Origin: an uncultured Gemmatimonadales bacterium
GTDB taxonomy: Bacteria > Gemmatimonadota > Gemmatimonadetes > Gemmatimonadales > GWC2-71-9
Assembly: GCA_963730185.1 (NCBI GenBank)
Contig: CAVSQW010000013.1
Span: 96,001-160,000 of the forward strand
Length of the DNA: 64,000 nt
Reading direction: 5' to 3'
The position numbers were made by a program, and so were the translations under genes. The notes under the pieces are model-generated. The model worked only from the letters and a program-made list of their open reading frames with translations, was not told the origin of the DNA and searched no databases. This document shows, piece after piece, positions 9,660 to 17,950 of the stretch (position 1 is its first letter; every line of letters begins with the position of its first letter).

Positions 9660-10337
9660 ATGTTCCTGGGACACTATGCTCTCGCGTTGGGCGTCAAACG
9701 CCGCGCTCCCCGAACCAATCTCGGCGTCCTGATGGCCGCCGCCCAGCTTCCCGACCTGATCTGGCCCGTGCTGCTGTTGCTCGGTGTCGAACGGGTGGCC
9801 CCTGGCGACCATGGCTTCACGGCTCTTCGTTTCGTTGACTATCCCTGGTCCCACAGTCTGCTGATGGTCGTGGTCACCGGGATCCTGGCCGGGGTGATCT
9901 ATCGGCTGGCCACCGGGCGTCGCGACCCCCGGGGCGCGATGCTGGTGGCCCTGCTGGCCACCAGTCACTGGGTGCTCGACTGGATCACCCATCGACCGGA
10001 CCTCCCCCTCTATCCCGGTGGCAGCGCCCGGTTGGGCCTCGGGCTCTGGAACTCGGCCGTGGCTACGGTGGCCATCGAGGGGCTGATGTGGATCGTGGGG
10101 ATCTGGCTCTACGTCGCCGCCACCCGACCGGTCAACCGGGGCGGCCGGTACGCGTTCTGGAGCTTGATCGCGTTGCTGACCTTCATCTACGTGGGCAGTA
10201 TCGCCTCGCCGCCGCCGGCCGACCTGAATGCTCTTGCCTGGGCCGCGATGGTCGGATGGCTGGTCCCTTTCTGGGCGGCCTGGGCCGATCGGGGTCGGCG
10301 GCCGGTGGGGGGGATGGGGACCGGCGACCCGAGCTAG
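9660..10337 (+). CDS. Membrane-bound metal-dependent hydrolase (YdjM-like)
   Basis: MFLGH, LPDL, YPWSHSL, SHWVLDWITHRPDLP motifs; multiple TM segments; GGAGG SD. Confidence 0.82.
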   Translation: MFLGHYALALGVKRRAPRTNLGVLMAAAQLPDLIWPVLLLLGVERVAPGDHGFTALRFVDYPWSHSLLMVVVTGILAGVIYRLATGRRDPRGAMLVALLATSHWVLDWITHRPDLPLYPGGSARLGLGLWNSAVATVAIEGLMWIVGIWLYVAATRPVNRGGRYAFWSLIALLTFIYVGSIASPPPADLNALAWAAMVGWLVPFWAAWADRGRRPVGGMGTGDPS

Positions 10338-10399
10338 TCACCGGCGGCAGCGTCGCGCCGGTTCGAGCCCCAGCGCTGCGCCGCCCCAGGAGGTGGGGT

Positions 10400-10681
10400 C
10401 TACGCGACTCGCTCGGCCGTGGCCGGGCTGATGGTGGTGGCGACCTCGGAGATCCGATTGGCCGGGAACCCGCCCTTCTGGGCGTGCTCCTTGATCAGGT
10501 CTTCGGAGGCGGCCTCGTAGACACAGTAGATCTTGTCGGTCGCGACGTAGCTGTGCAGCCAGCGGATGTCCGATCCCAACTGGTCCAACACGTCGCACGA
10601 CGTACGCGAAATAGCCTTCAGCTCGGCCGGACTCAGCCGGTGAGCTCCGGGCAGCTCGCGCTCGATCACGAATTGACGCAT
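10400..10681 (-). CDS. DUF4242 / SCO4226-like small putative metal-binding protein, 93 aa
   Basis: MRQFVIERELPG...WLHSYV...KIYCVYEA...IKEHAQKGGFPANRISEV; it is the 3' tail of the 1073-aa shadow ORF. Confidence 0.85.
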   Translation of the reverse strand: MRQFVIERELPGAHRLSPAELKAISRTSCDVLDQLGSDIRWLHSYVATDKIYCVYEAASEDLIKEHAQKGGFPANRISEVATTISPATAERVA

Positions 10682-10744
10682 AGGGAACTCCCCGAGAAGG
10701 GTGCCAGGAGTGTACGGCCTCGACCGGTTGGCCGGCAAGCGGCC

Positions 10745-10956
10745 TCCCGTTTCCCCGACGCCGCCGGTGACTACCTCTTCGGGGTCGCCCTGGCCGAGCA
10801 GGGTGAACGTCCTGGTGCGATGCTCGACGACGCCGTCGATGGTTCGGAGCATCCGGTCCAAGTCGGCCAGCTCGGGCACTGAGAAGCGGAACGACGAGCC
10901 CTGACTGCCGGTCTCAGGTCGCGGCCGAGGTCGGCCAGTAGTGTCGCGATCATCAT
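10745..10956 (-). pseudogene. Decayed 5' fragment of an ADOP permease
   Basis: GGAGG SD, then MMIATLLADLGRDLRPAVR, then in another frame FRFSVPELADLDRMLRTIDGVVEHRTRTFTLLGQGDPEEV, resembling VRFSVPEILDFREGARSFDGIAEYSGMTYTLQGSGDPVRV of the neighbouring ADOP. Confidence 0.65.
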
Positions 10957-11149
10957 CGATCCTCCCAAGGGGGTGCTCCCCCACGGTAGGACGGTGAGGC
11001 CCGACCGGTCCGGTACGGCAGGGGGCCCGCGGGGCTTCCGCTCCGGCGGTCGGATCGCCATACATCCAGGGATCCGCCCCGGGTTCAGCGCCGGGGAAAG
11101 GATTCACGCGCCCCCGTTGTATGGGGTCCGAGCCCCGAACGAGGACCTC

Positions 11150-13591
11150 ATGTTCCCGAACGACCTTCGCTTCGCGCTCCGCTCGCTGATCCGCGCTCCC
11201 GGCTTCGCCCTGGCGGTGGTGCTCACCCTCGGCCTCGGGATTGGCGCCAACACGGCGATCTTTTCGGTGGTTCGCGGCGTCCTGCTCAAGCCGTTGCCCC
11301 ACCGTGAGGGGGAGCGGCTCGTCTATCTCCGGCAGTCGGCCGACGGGCTGGGCGGCGACAACGTCCGATTCTCGGTTCCCGAGATCCTCGACTTCCGGGA
11401 GGGAGCCCGGAGCTTCGACGGGATTGCGGAGTATTCGGGCATGACCTACACGCTCCAGGGAAGCGGCGACCCGGTCCGCGTCGACGTGGGGCTGGTGACG
11501 GGGAACTACTTCGCGGTCATGGGGCTTCGGCCGCTCCTGGGCCGGGTGACCACCTCGGCCGACGACGGGACCGCCGTCCCCCCGGTCATGGTGCTCACCC
11601 ACGACTTCTGGCGCCGGCACTTCGGCGGCGACAGCGGGGTGGTCGGCCGGACGGTGCGGATCGACAACCAGGCCGTGGCCGTGATCGGGGTGCTGGAGCC
11701 GGCGCCGTCCTTTCCCGACCGGATCGACGCGATCATGAACATGGTGATCAGCCCCCACCACACCAGCGCGATGATGGTGCACGGGCGGACCCACCGGATG
11801 ACCGAGATGATCGCCCGGCTGGCCCCCGGGGTATCGGTGGACCGGGCCCGGGCCGAGGTGGCGGACATCCGGACCCGGGTCCAGGCCGATCATCCGGATG
11901 CCTACGACGCGGCGTCCAACTACCGGGTAACGCTCACGCCGTTCCGCGAAGTCCTCGGTCAGCGGGCTCGCCTGACCCTCTGGCTGCTGATGGGCGCTGC
12001 GGCGTTCGTGCTGGTCATCGCCTGCGCCAACGTCGCCAACCTGACCTTGATGCGGGGCGTGCGACGGGAGCAGGAGCTGGTGATCCGGTCGGCCCTGGGC
12101 GCCGGCGTCGGGCGGCTCCGGCGGCTGCTCCTGACCGAGAACCTGGTCCTCGCTCTCGCGGGCGGCGGGCTCGCCTTGCTGGTCGCCTGGGGCGGGGTGG
12201 GAATGCTGACCGCGCTGGCGGCGCGCTACTCGCCCCGGGCCGCCGAGATCCGACTCGACGGTGTGGTGCTCGGCTTCACCCTGTTCCTGGCAATCGGCGT
12301 GGCGGTGGTGCTGGCGTACGCGCCGCGGTTCGTGGCCGAGTCGGCGCTGGGCGCCTGGCTCACGGGGGCGGGCAAGTCGTCCGCCAGCGGGCGGCGCCAG
12401 CGGCTGCAGCGGCTTCTGGTCGTCGCCCAGGTGGCGGTGTCGGTGGTGCTGCTCACCGGGGCGGGCCTCCTGACCCGGACCCTGCTCGAGCTCGATCGGG
12501 TGGATAGCGGCTTCGACGCCGGCGACGAGGTGCTCACGATGGAGGTTCCGGTCGACGCGGCCGGCCGAAGCGCCGCCGACCAGGTGGGCCTCTACCAGCG
12601 CATGCAGGCGGAGCTGGCCGCTCTCCCGGGGGTGGTCCAGGTCGGCGCCGGGTCGACGCTGCCGCTTCACAACTCGGGGTTTCAGCTCGAGGTCAAGGCC
12701 GAAGGCCAGGCGCTGGCCTCGGGTGAGCCGATGCCTCGGGCGGACTATCGGACGGCGAGTCCCGATTTCTTCCGGGCCGCCGGCATCCCGCTGGTGGCCG
12801 GGCGGACCTTCGAGGCCGCCGACGGCGCCACCTCGCCGCTGGTGGCGGTCCTGAACCGGACCCTCGCCGAACGGCTCTTCCCCGGGGTGGATCCGATCGG
12901 CCGGCGGGTTGCCTGGACCGGTGACGTGCTCCGTTTCATCCCTGTCACCGGCGACTGGCGCACGGTCGTGGGCGTGGTGGGCGACACCAAAGACGACGGG
13001 CTCGACGGCGGTTCGCGGCCGGTGCTGTACCAGCCCCTCGCGCAGGGCATCTTCGGCGGGGGGCTGGTGATTCGGGCCCGGGGTGGCGCCGCGGCCATGG
13101 CGGCGGAGGCCACCCGGACGGTGCGGGCCATCGTGCCGGAGGCGCCGATCGAGAACGTGCTGACGGTGAGCGAGATCAAGCGGGAGAGCATGGCGCCCCG
13201 CCGCCTCAATGCCACCTTGGTGGCGGCGTTTGGGGTGCTGGCCCTTGTCATCGCGGCGGTGGGCATCGGCGGCGTGCTGGCGTTCTCGGTCAGCGCCCGG
13301 ACCAACGAGATCGGGATCCGGATGAGCTTGGGCGCCGACGCCGGCGCCGTGCAGCGGATGGTGCTGAGGGAGGGTGGGGTGCTGCTCGGGGCCGGTCTGG
13401 CGCTCGGGCTGGGGGTGGCCGTCGTCGCCACCCGGCTGGTTCGAGGGCTGTTCTACGGCGTGACGCCCGGCGACCCGGTGACCCTGGTGGCCGTGGGGCT
13501 GGCCATGGCGGTGGTCGGGCTGGCGGCCTGCTGGGTTCCGGCCCGGCGGGCGGCGCGGATCGACCCCGGGACCGCGATCCGGAGTCAGTGA
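11150..13591 (+). CDS. ADOP-type duplicated permease without prefix domain
   Basis: MFPNDLRFALRSL, LGIGANTAIFSVV, CANVANL, RTNEIGIRMSLGA, PARRAARIDP; GAGG SD. Confidence 0.92.
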   Translation: MFPNDLRFALRSLIRAPGFALAVVLTLGLGIGANTAIFSVVRGVLLKPLPHREGERLVYLRQSADGLGGDNVRFSVPEILDFREGARSFDGIAEYSGMTYTLQGSGDPVRVDVGLVTGNYFAVMGLRPLLGRVTTSADDGTAVPPVMVLTHDFWRRHFGGDSGVVGRTVRIDNQAVAVIGVLEPAPSFPDRIDAIMNMVISPHHTSAMMVHGRTHRMTEMIARLAPGVSVDRARAEVADIRTRVQADHPDAYDAASNYRVTLTPFREVLGQRARLTLWLLMGAAAFVLVIACANVANLTLMRGVRREQELVIRSALGAGVGRLRRLLLTENLVLALAGGGLALLVAWGGVGMLTALAARYSPRAAEIRLDGVVLGFTLFLAIGVAVVLAYAPRFVAESALGAWLTGAGKSSASGRRQRLQRLLVVAQVAVSVVLLTGAGLLTRTLLELDRVDSGFDAGDEVLTMEVPVDAAGRSAADQVGLYQRMQAELAALPGVVQVGAGSTLPLHNSGFQLEVKAEGQALASGEPMPRADYRTASPDFFRAAGIPLVAGRTFEAADGATSPLVAVLNRTLAERLFPGVDPIGRRVAWTGDVLRFIPVTGDWRTVVGVVGDTKDDGLDGGSRPVLYQPLAQGIFGGGLVIRARGGAAAMAAEATRTVRAIVPEAPIENVLTVSEIKRESMAPRRLNATLVAAFGVLALVIAAVGIGGVLAFSVSARTNEIGIRMSLGADAGAVQRMVLREGGVLLGAGLALGLGVAVVATRLVRGLFYGVTPGDPVTLVAVGLAMAVVGLAACWVPARRAARIDPGTAIRSQ

Positions 13592-13610
13592 CCCGCCGCC
13601 GCCCGCCTGG

Positions 13611-14192
13611 TCAGAGCACAAACGCGACGACGCCCCAACGAAGCCCGTAGGCTTCGGTGTGATCGACGGTCGCGACGCTGCCCCGGGTCAGCTTGTTCCG
13701 GTTGCGCTGGTAGTAGAGCTCGCCCGAGATGCCGACGTGCGCTCCAGCCATCAGCAGGACCCCGCCTCCGACGGACCAGGTCGTCGTGGTCGTCGTGGCA
13801 TCCTGGCCCTGAACGCTGGAGGTGCCGGACAGTCGGCCGAGCTGAAGCCGCCCGGAGACGAAGGGATAGAGGCGACTCGGTGCTGTCCAGGGATAGACCG
13901 TGAGGCCCGGCCCGACCGCCACGCCGTTCGCGGTGGAGCCGCCGGCGGAGAGGTGGCTGTAGCTCGCTCCCAGCTCCACCGCCACGCCCGGCGCCACGAA
14001 GTACCCCACGTCGGGTGCGATCGCGAGGGAGGTCGAGGCCTGGTCGGTGTCCCGGTCGCTGGCGTGGGTGATACTCGCCCCGCCCGCCAGGCGGATCGAG
14101 CCCCGCTGAACCGGGGAGGCTTGAGCGGTCAGCGGCCCGACGGCGCCGATCAGAAGGATGGTGGCGGCGGAGACGACGGACGAGGCGCGCAT
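13611..14192 (-). CDS. Small outer-membrane beta-barrel protein (OmpA/OmpW-like)
   Basis: Signal peptide, alternating amphipathic strands (PDVGYFV, GISGELYY, YGLRWGVVAFVL); GGAGG SD. Confidence 0.75.
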   Translation of the reverse strand: MRASSVVSAATILLIGAVGPLTAQASPVQRGSIRLAGGASITHASDRDTDQASTSLAIAPDVGYFVAPGVAVELGASYSHLSAGGSTANGVAVGPGLTVYPWTAPSRLYPFVSGRLQLGRLSGTSSVQGQDATTTTTTWSVGGGVLLMAGAHVGISGELYYQRNRNKLTRGSVATVDHTEAYGLRWGVVAFVL

Positions 14193-14302
14193 GGGTATCT
14201 TCCTCCGAGGCGGGGTGATACTCTCCCTACCGGCCGGCCCCGTGGCGGGGTTTCAGTCGGCGGCTTACCCACCCCTCGTCGACGGGGTAAACTAGGATGC
14301 GT

Positions 14303-14995
14303 ATGACCACCACTCAGATCACCAGAATCGTCGTCGCCCTGGTCACCGCCGGGGCGCTCGGGGCGTGCGGCAAGAGTCAGACGCCCGTCCAGGCCACTCC
14401 GAGTCCGGCCGTCGGCCAGACTGGTGAGTCCGCCGCCGTCGCACGGGCTCGGGCCGACAGCCTCCGCTATCCGTACATCAAGGCCGACATCGACTTCATG
14501 GTCGGGATGATCGGCCACCACGCCCAGGCCGTCGTGATGGCGGAGTGGGCGCCCTCCCACGGGGCCAGCCCGTCGGTCCAGACCCTGTGCGCCCGGATCC
14601 TCAACGCCCAGAACGACGAGATCCAGCTGATGCAGCGCTGGCTCCGCGATCGGAACCAGCCGGTCCCCGAGCCGGTGGGTGACGGGATGAGCGTCAAGAT
14701 CGACGGCGTCGTGCACCAGCACGACATGATGATGCCGGGCATGCTCAGCATGGAGCAGATGCGGGAGCTGGATGCCGCCCGGGGTCCCGACTTCGATCGG
14801 TTGTTCCTCAAGTACATGATCCAGCACCACAAGGGCGCGGTCGCCATGGTCCAGAAGCTCTTCGCGACCGACGGCGCCGCCCAGGACGAGCTGACCTTCA
14901 AGTTCGCCTCCGACGTCAACGTGGATCAGACCACGGAGATCGCCCGGATGGAGCAGATGTTGTTCGCGGTGCTGGTCGAGCAGCGCTCGAAGTAA
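14303..14995 (+). CDS. DUF305 (ferritin-like, CopM-like) lipoprotein
   Basis: Lipobox LGAC; duplicated MIxHHxxAVxM motifs (MIGHHAQAVVM, MIQHHKGAVAM), HQHDMMMPGM; TTACCC-N17-TAAACT upstream favours ATG 14303 over 14297. Confidence 0.88.
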   Translation: MTTTQITRIVVALVTAGALGACGKSQTPVQATPSPAVGQTGESAAVARARADSLRYPYIKADIDFMVGMIGHHAQAVVMAEWAPSHGASPSVQTLCARILNAQNDEIQLMQRWLRDRNQPVPEPVGDGMSVKIDGVVHQHDMMMPGMLSMEQMRELDAARGPDFDRLFLKYMIQHHKGAVAMVQKLFATDGAAQDELTFKFASDVNVDQTTEIARMEQMLFAVLVEQRSK

Positions 14996-15053
14996 CCGTT
15001 TCCCAATCGTTCGTCGGCTCGGCCCCCCCTCCGTCCCCTCGAGAGGTGTCGTC

Positions 15054-17054
15054 ATGTATTTCCCCTCCCCGGCCCGCGTCGGCCCGACGCTCGGCTTCGC
15101 CCTGGGCCTCCTGTCCCTGGGGGCCTGCGCCTCGTCGACCGGGTCGAGTGCCGGTAGCCCGTCGCCGGTCGCCGACCTGTCCACCCGGCCGCCCAGCCCG
15201 GATCCCCGGGTGGGTCTCAAGCCCGGCCTCTTCGACGCGGCCCAGGCCACCTGGAACCTGCGGGTTCTCTCGGAGACCCGGCCGTCCGAGCAGTTCAAGG
15301 GGATCACCAACTCCGACCTGGCCTTCACCGGCAAGTTCGCGATCCAGGGCAGCTACAGCGGCTGGCAGATCTGGGACATCTCCAATCCCCGGTCGCCGCG
15401 GCTGGAAACGGCCTACCTCTGCCCGGCGTCGCAGAGCGACGTCTCGGTCTACCGGAACCTGCTCTTCGTGTCGGGCGAGGGCCTGAGCGGCCGGCTCGAT
15501 TGCGGGACCGAAGGCGTGTCGGAGGCGGTCAGCAAGGACCGGCTCCGCGGGCTTCGGATCTTCGACATCACCGACATCGCCCATCCGATCAACGTCGGCA
15601 ACGTCCAGACGTGCCGGGGCTCGCACACCCACACCGTGCTGGTCGATCCCAAGGACCAGGACAACGTCTACGTCTACATCTCGGGCTCGTCCGGGGTCCG
15701 CTCCGACGAGGAGCTGCCCGGGTGCGTCGGCGGGATGCCGGACGAGGATCCCAACACGGCCCTCTTCCGGATCGAGGTCATCAAGGTCCCCCTTGCGCAC
15801 CCGGACCAGGCCGCGATCGTGAGCTCGCCCCGGATCTTCAACGATCTGGCCGCGCCCCCGGTCCATGGCGAGGCCCCGGCCGACATCGCCGCGGCCCAGA
15901 AGGCGCTGGCCGACGCCAAGGCCCGGGGTGAGTTCGTTGCCGTGATGGGCGGCCGGGAGCGGCCTCTGCCGGCCCGGTTTACGACGCCCATGCTCGACAG
16001 CATCGTCCACGCGCGAGGCGGCTCGGGCACCGCCACCAGCGCCGACAGCGCCGCGCTCAGGGCCGTGCTCCCCGACATCATCAACAAGATGATGGGCGGC
16101 GCCAGCGCCAACCGGCGGCGGATGGGCCCGACCCAGTGCCACGACATCACCGTCTATCCGGCCATCGGCCTGGCCGGCGGCGCCTGCGGCGGCTATGGCC
16201 TGCTGCTCGACATCAGCGATCCCGCCCATCCGGTCCGGATCGGCGCGGTGGCCGACTCCAACTTCTCCTACTGGCACTCGGCCACCTTCAACAACGACGG
16301 GACCAAGGTGCTGTTCACGGACGAGTGGGGCGGCGGCGGTCAGCCCAAGTGCCGGGCGACCGACAGAAAGGAGTGGGGAGCCGACGCGGTCTTCACGCTC
16401 CAGCACCGCGAGATGCAGTTCAAGAGCTATTACAAGCTTTCCGCCCCGCAAACGCCGGAAGAGAACTGCGTGGCCCACAACGGCTCGCTGATTCCGATTC
16501 CGGGTCGCGACGTGATGGTTCAGGGCTGGTATCAGGGCGGCATCTCGGTCTTCGACTGGACCGACCCGTCGAACCCCCACGAGATCGCGTTCTTCGACCG
16601 CGGTCCGGTAGACGGCACCCACATGGTCATGGGTGGGTCGTGGTCGGTCTATTGGTACAACGGCGTGATCGTGAGCTCCGAGATCGCCCGCGGGCTCGAC
16701 ATCTTCGAGCTCACCCCGAGCGGCTGGCTGTCTCAGAACGAGATCGACGCGGCCAAGTCGGTCCATTTCGACTACCTCAACGCCCAGGGACAGCCGCACC
16801 TCAGCTGGCCCCCGACGTTCGCGCTTGCCCGGGCGTACGTCGATCAGCTGGAGCGCTCGCGCGGGCTCTCGTCCGGCCGGATCGCCGCGGTGCGGCAAGC
16901 GTTGGCCTCGGCGGAAAGGGCCGGCGGGTCGGCCCGGAGCGAGGCGCTGAACCGGCTGGCCGGCGAGCTCGACGGCGAGGGCTCGGGGTCGAGCGACGCG
17001 GGCAAGGTCCGGATGCTGACCGGCGCGGTGCGGAACCTGGCCTCGGTCCGGTAG
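15054..17054 (+). CDS. LVIVD-repeat beta-propeller lipoprotein
   Basis: Lipobox LGAC; repeats WQIWDISNP, LRIFDITD, LLLDISDP, VFDWTDP; conserved His motifs GSHTHT, CHDIT, YWHSA, CVAHNG. Confidence 0.82.
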   Translation: MYFPSPARVGPTLGFALGLLSLGACASSTGSSAGSPSPVADLSTRPPSPDPRVGLKPGLFDAAQATWNLRVLSETRPSEQFKGITNSDLAFTGKFAIQGSYSGWQIWDISNPRSPRLETAYLCPASQSDVSVYRNLLFVSGEGLSGRLDCGTEGVSEAVSKDRLRGLRIFDITDIAHPINVGNVQTCRGSHTHTVLVDPKDQDNVYVYISGSSGVRSDEELPGCVGGMPDEDPNTALFRIEVIKVPLAHPDQAAIVSSPRIFNDLAAPPVHGEAPADIAAAQKALADAKARGEFVAVMGGRERPLPARFTTPMLDSIVHARGGSGTATSADSAALRAVLPDIINKMMGGASANRRRMGPTQCHDITVYPAIGLAGGACGGYGLLLDISDPAHPVRIGAVADSNFSYWHSATFNNDGTKVLFTDEWGGGGQPKCRATDRKEWGADAVFTLQHREMQFKSYYKLSAPQTPEENCVAHNGSLIPIPGRDVMVQGWYQGGISVFDWTDPSNPHEIAFFDRGPVDGTHMVMGGSWSVYWYNGVIVSSEIARGLDIFELTPSGWLSQNEIDAAKSVHFDYLNAQGQPHLSWPPTFALARAYVDQLERSRGLSSGRIAAVRQALASAERAGGSARSEALNRLAGELDGEGSGSSDAGKVRMLTGAVRNLASVR

Positions 17055-17071
17055 CGCCGCGGCCCAAGGGG

Positions 17072-17122
17072 GCCGAACGCCAGCGGGGGCGCCGTCGATC
17101 GGCGCCCCCGCTGGCGTTCGGC
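17072..17122. terminator. 23-bp perfect inverted repeat between convergent genes (probable bidirectional terminator)
   Basis: GCCGAACGCCAGCGGGGGCGCCG-tcgat-CGGCGCCCCCGCTGGCGTTCGGC; no real U-tract. Confidence 0.7.
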
Positions 17123-17130
17123 GTTCCGGG

Positions 17131-17856
17131 CTACGGAACCGGAAGGACCCGGTAGCGCACCTGGGTCCGAACCCCCTCCGGTACGACATCGCCGCCGAAG
17201 GACCGGGTCAACGACCGCCAATCGGTCCAGGCCGAATCGGCCCGCTTCGGCGAGGGCGCCAGCGGCAGGTCGAGGACCTGGGTAACCCGCTCGCTCCCGG
17301 GGTCCGGGCCGTAGCCGACCGAGAACGTCCGGTACCCCCGCGAGCGGAGGCGAGCCGAGCCGGGAACGATCACCGCGTCGCCGTCGACTCGGACGGAGTC
17401 GAAGGCGAGGTCGGCGTAGGCCCGGTCCGAGCTCGATACCACGACGCCGACCCGGAAGTCCCGCTCCCGAAGGCTGTCCCGGACGGGATACGCCGGCGGC
17501 AAACGGATCTCGAAGGCCAGGTTCAGCTCTTTGCCCTCCAGGGTGGGGGGACGGTCGGCGCTGAGCCAGGCCAGGCCGAGGGCGACTGCTACGAGGCCGA
17601 CGGTCGCGCCCCCGGCCACCCCGACCCGCGCCAGGCCCGCGGGGAAGCTCGTCACCGCCCGAGCCCGGGCCACCCGGACCCCGACCACGACGGTGAACCC
17701 AAGCGGGAGATAGACGAAGGCGATCAGCATGCCGCGACCGCCCTCCATGTTCGACACCCGGTGCCAGGTGGTGCCGAGATCGGCGGCGAACACGGTGAGG
17801 GCGGCGCCGAGGACGCCGTTGACGAGCCCGGCCAGCAGGGCAAGGGGCCAGGACAT
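17131..17856 (-). CDS. Hypothetical membrane protein (about 3 N-terminal TM helices plus soluble domain)
   Basis: Hydrophobic N-terminus with SNMEGGRG loop; fills the gap between terminator and polB; TTGACG box upstream. Confidence 0.7.
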   Translation of the reverse strand: MSWPLALLAGLVNGVLGAALTVFAADLGTTWHRVSNMEGGRGMLIAFVYLPLGFTVVVGVRVARARAVTSFPAGLARVGVAGGATVGLVAVALGLAWLSADRPPTLEGKELNLAFEIRLPPAYPVRDSLRERDFRVGVVVSSSDRAYADLAFDSVRVDGDAVIVPGSARLRSRGYRTFSVGYGPDPGSERVTQVLDLPLAPSPKRADSAWTDWRSLTRSFGGDVVPEGVRTQVRYRVLPVP

Positions 17857-17950
17857 CGGACAAATCTCCGGCCGCCCGGCCGCCCGTCAAGAGCCGACCC
17901 CGGCGTCCGTGGGTACATTCACCCCGCCCCCACGGAACAGGTGATTCCCG

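Noticed and set aside
10400..13621. 1073-aa minus-strand ORF
   Set aside because: Antisense shadow of the ADOP at 11150-13591; only its last 93 codons (DUF4242) and a short remnant look protein-like.
17933..17948. Possible SOS box (GAAC-N4-GATT) upstream of polB
   Set aside because: Imperfect match, single occurrence, and the LexA motif of this lineage is not known to me.
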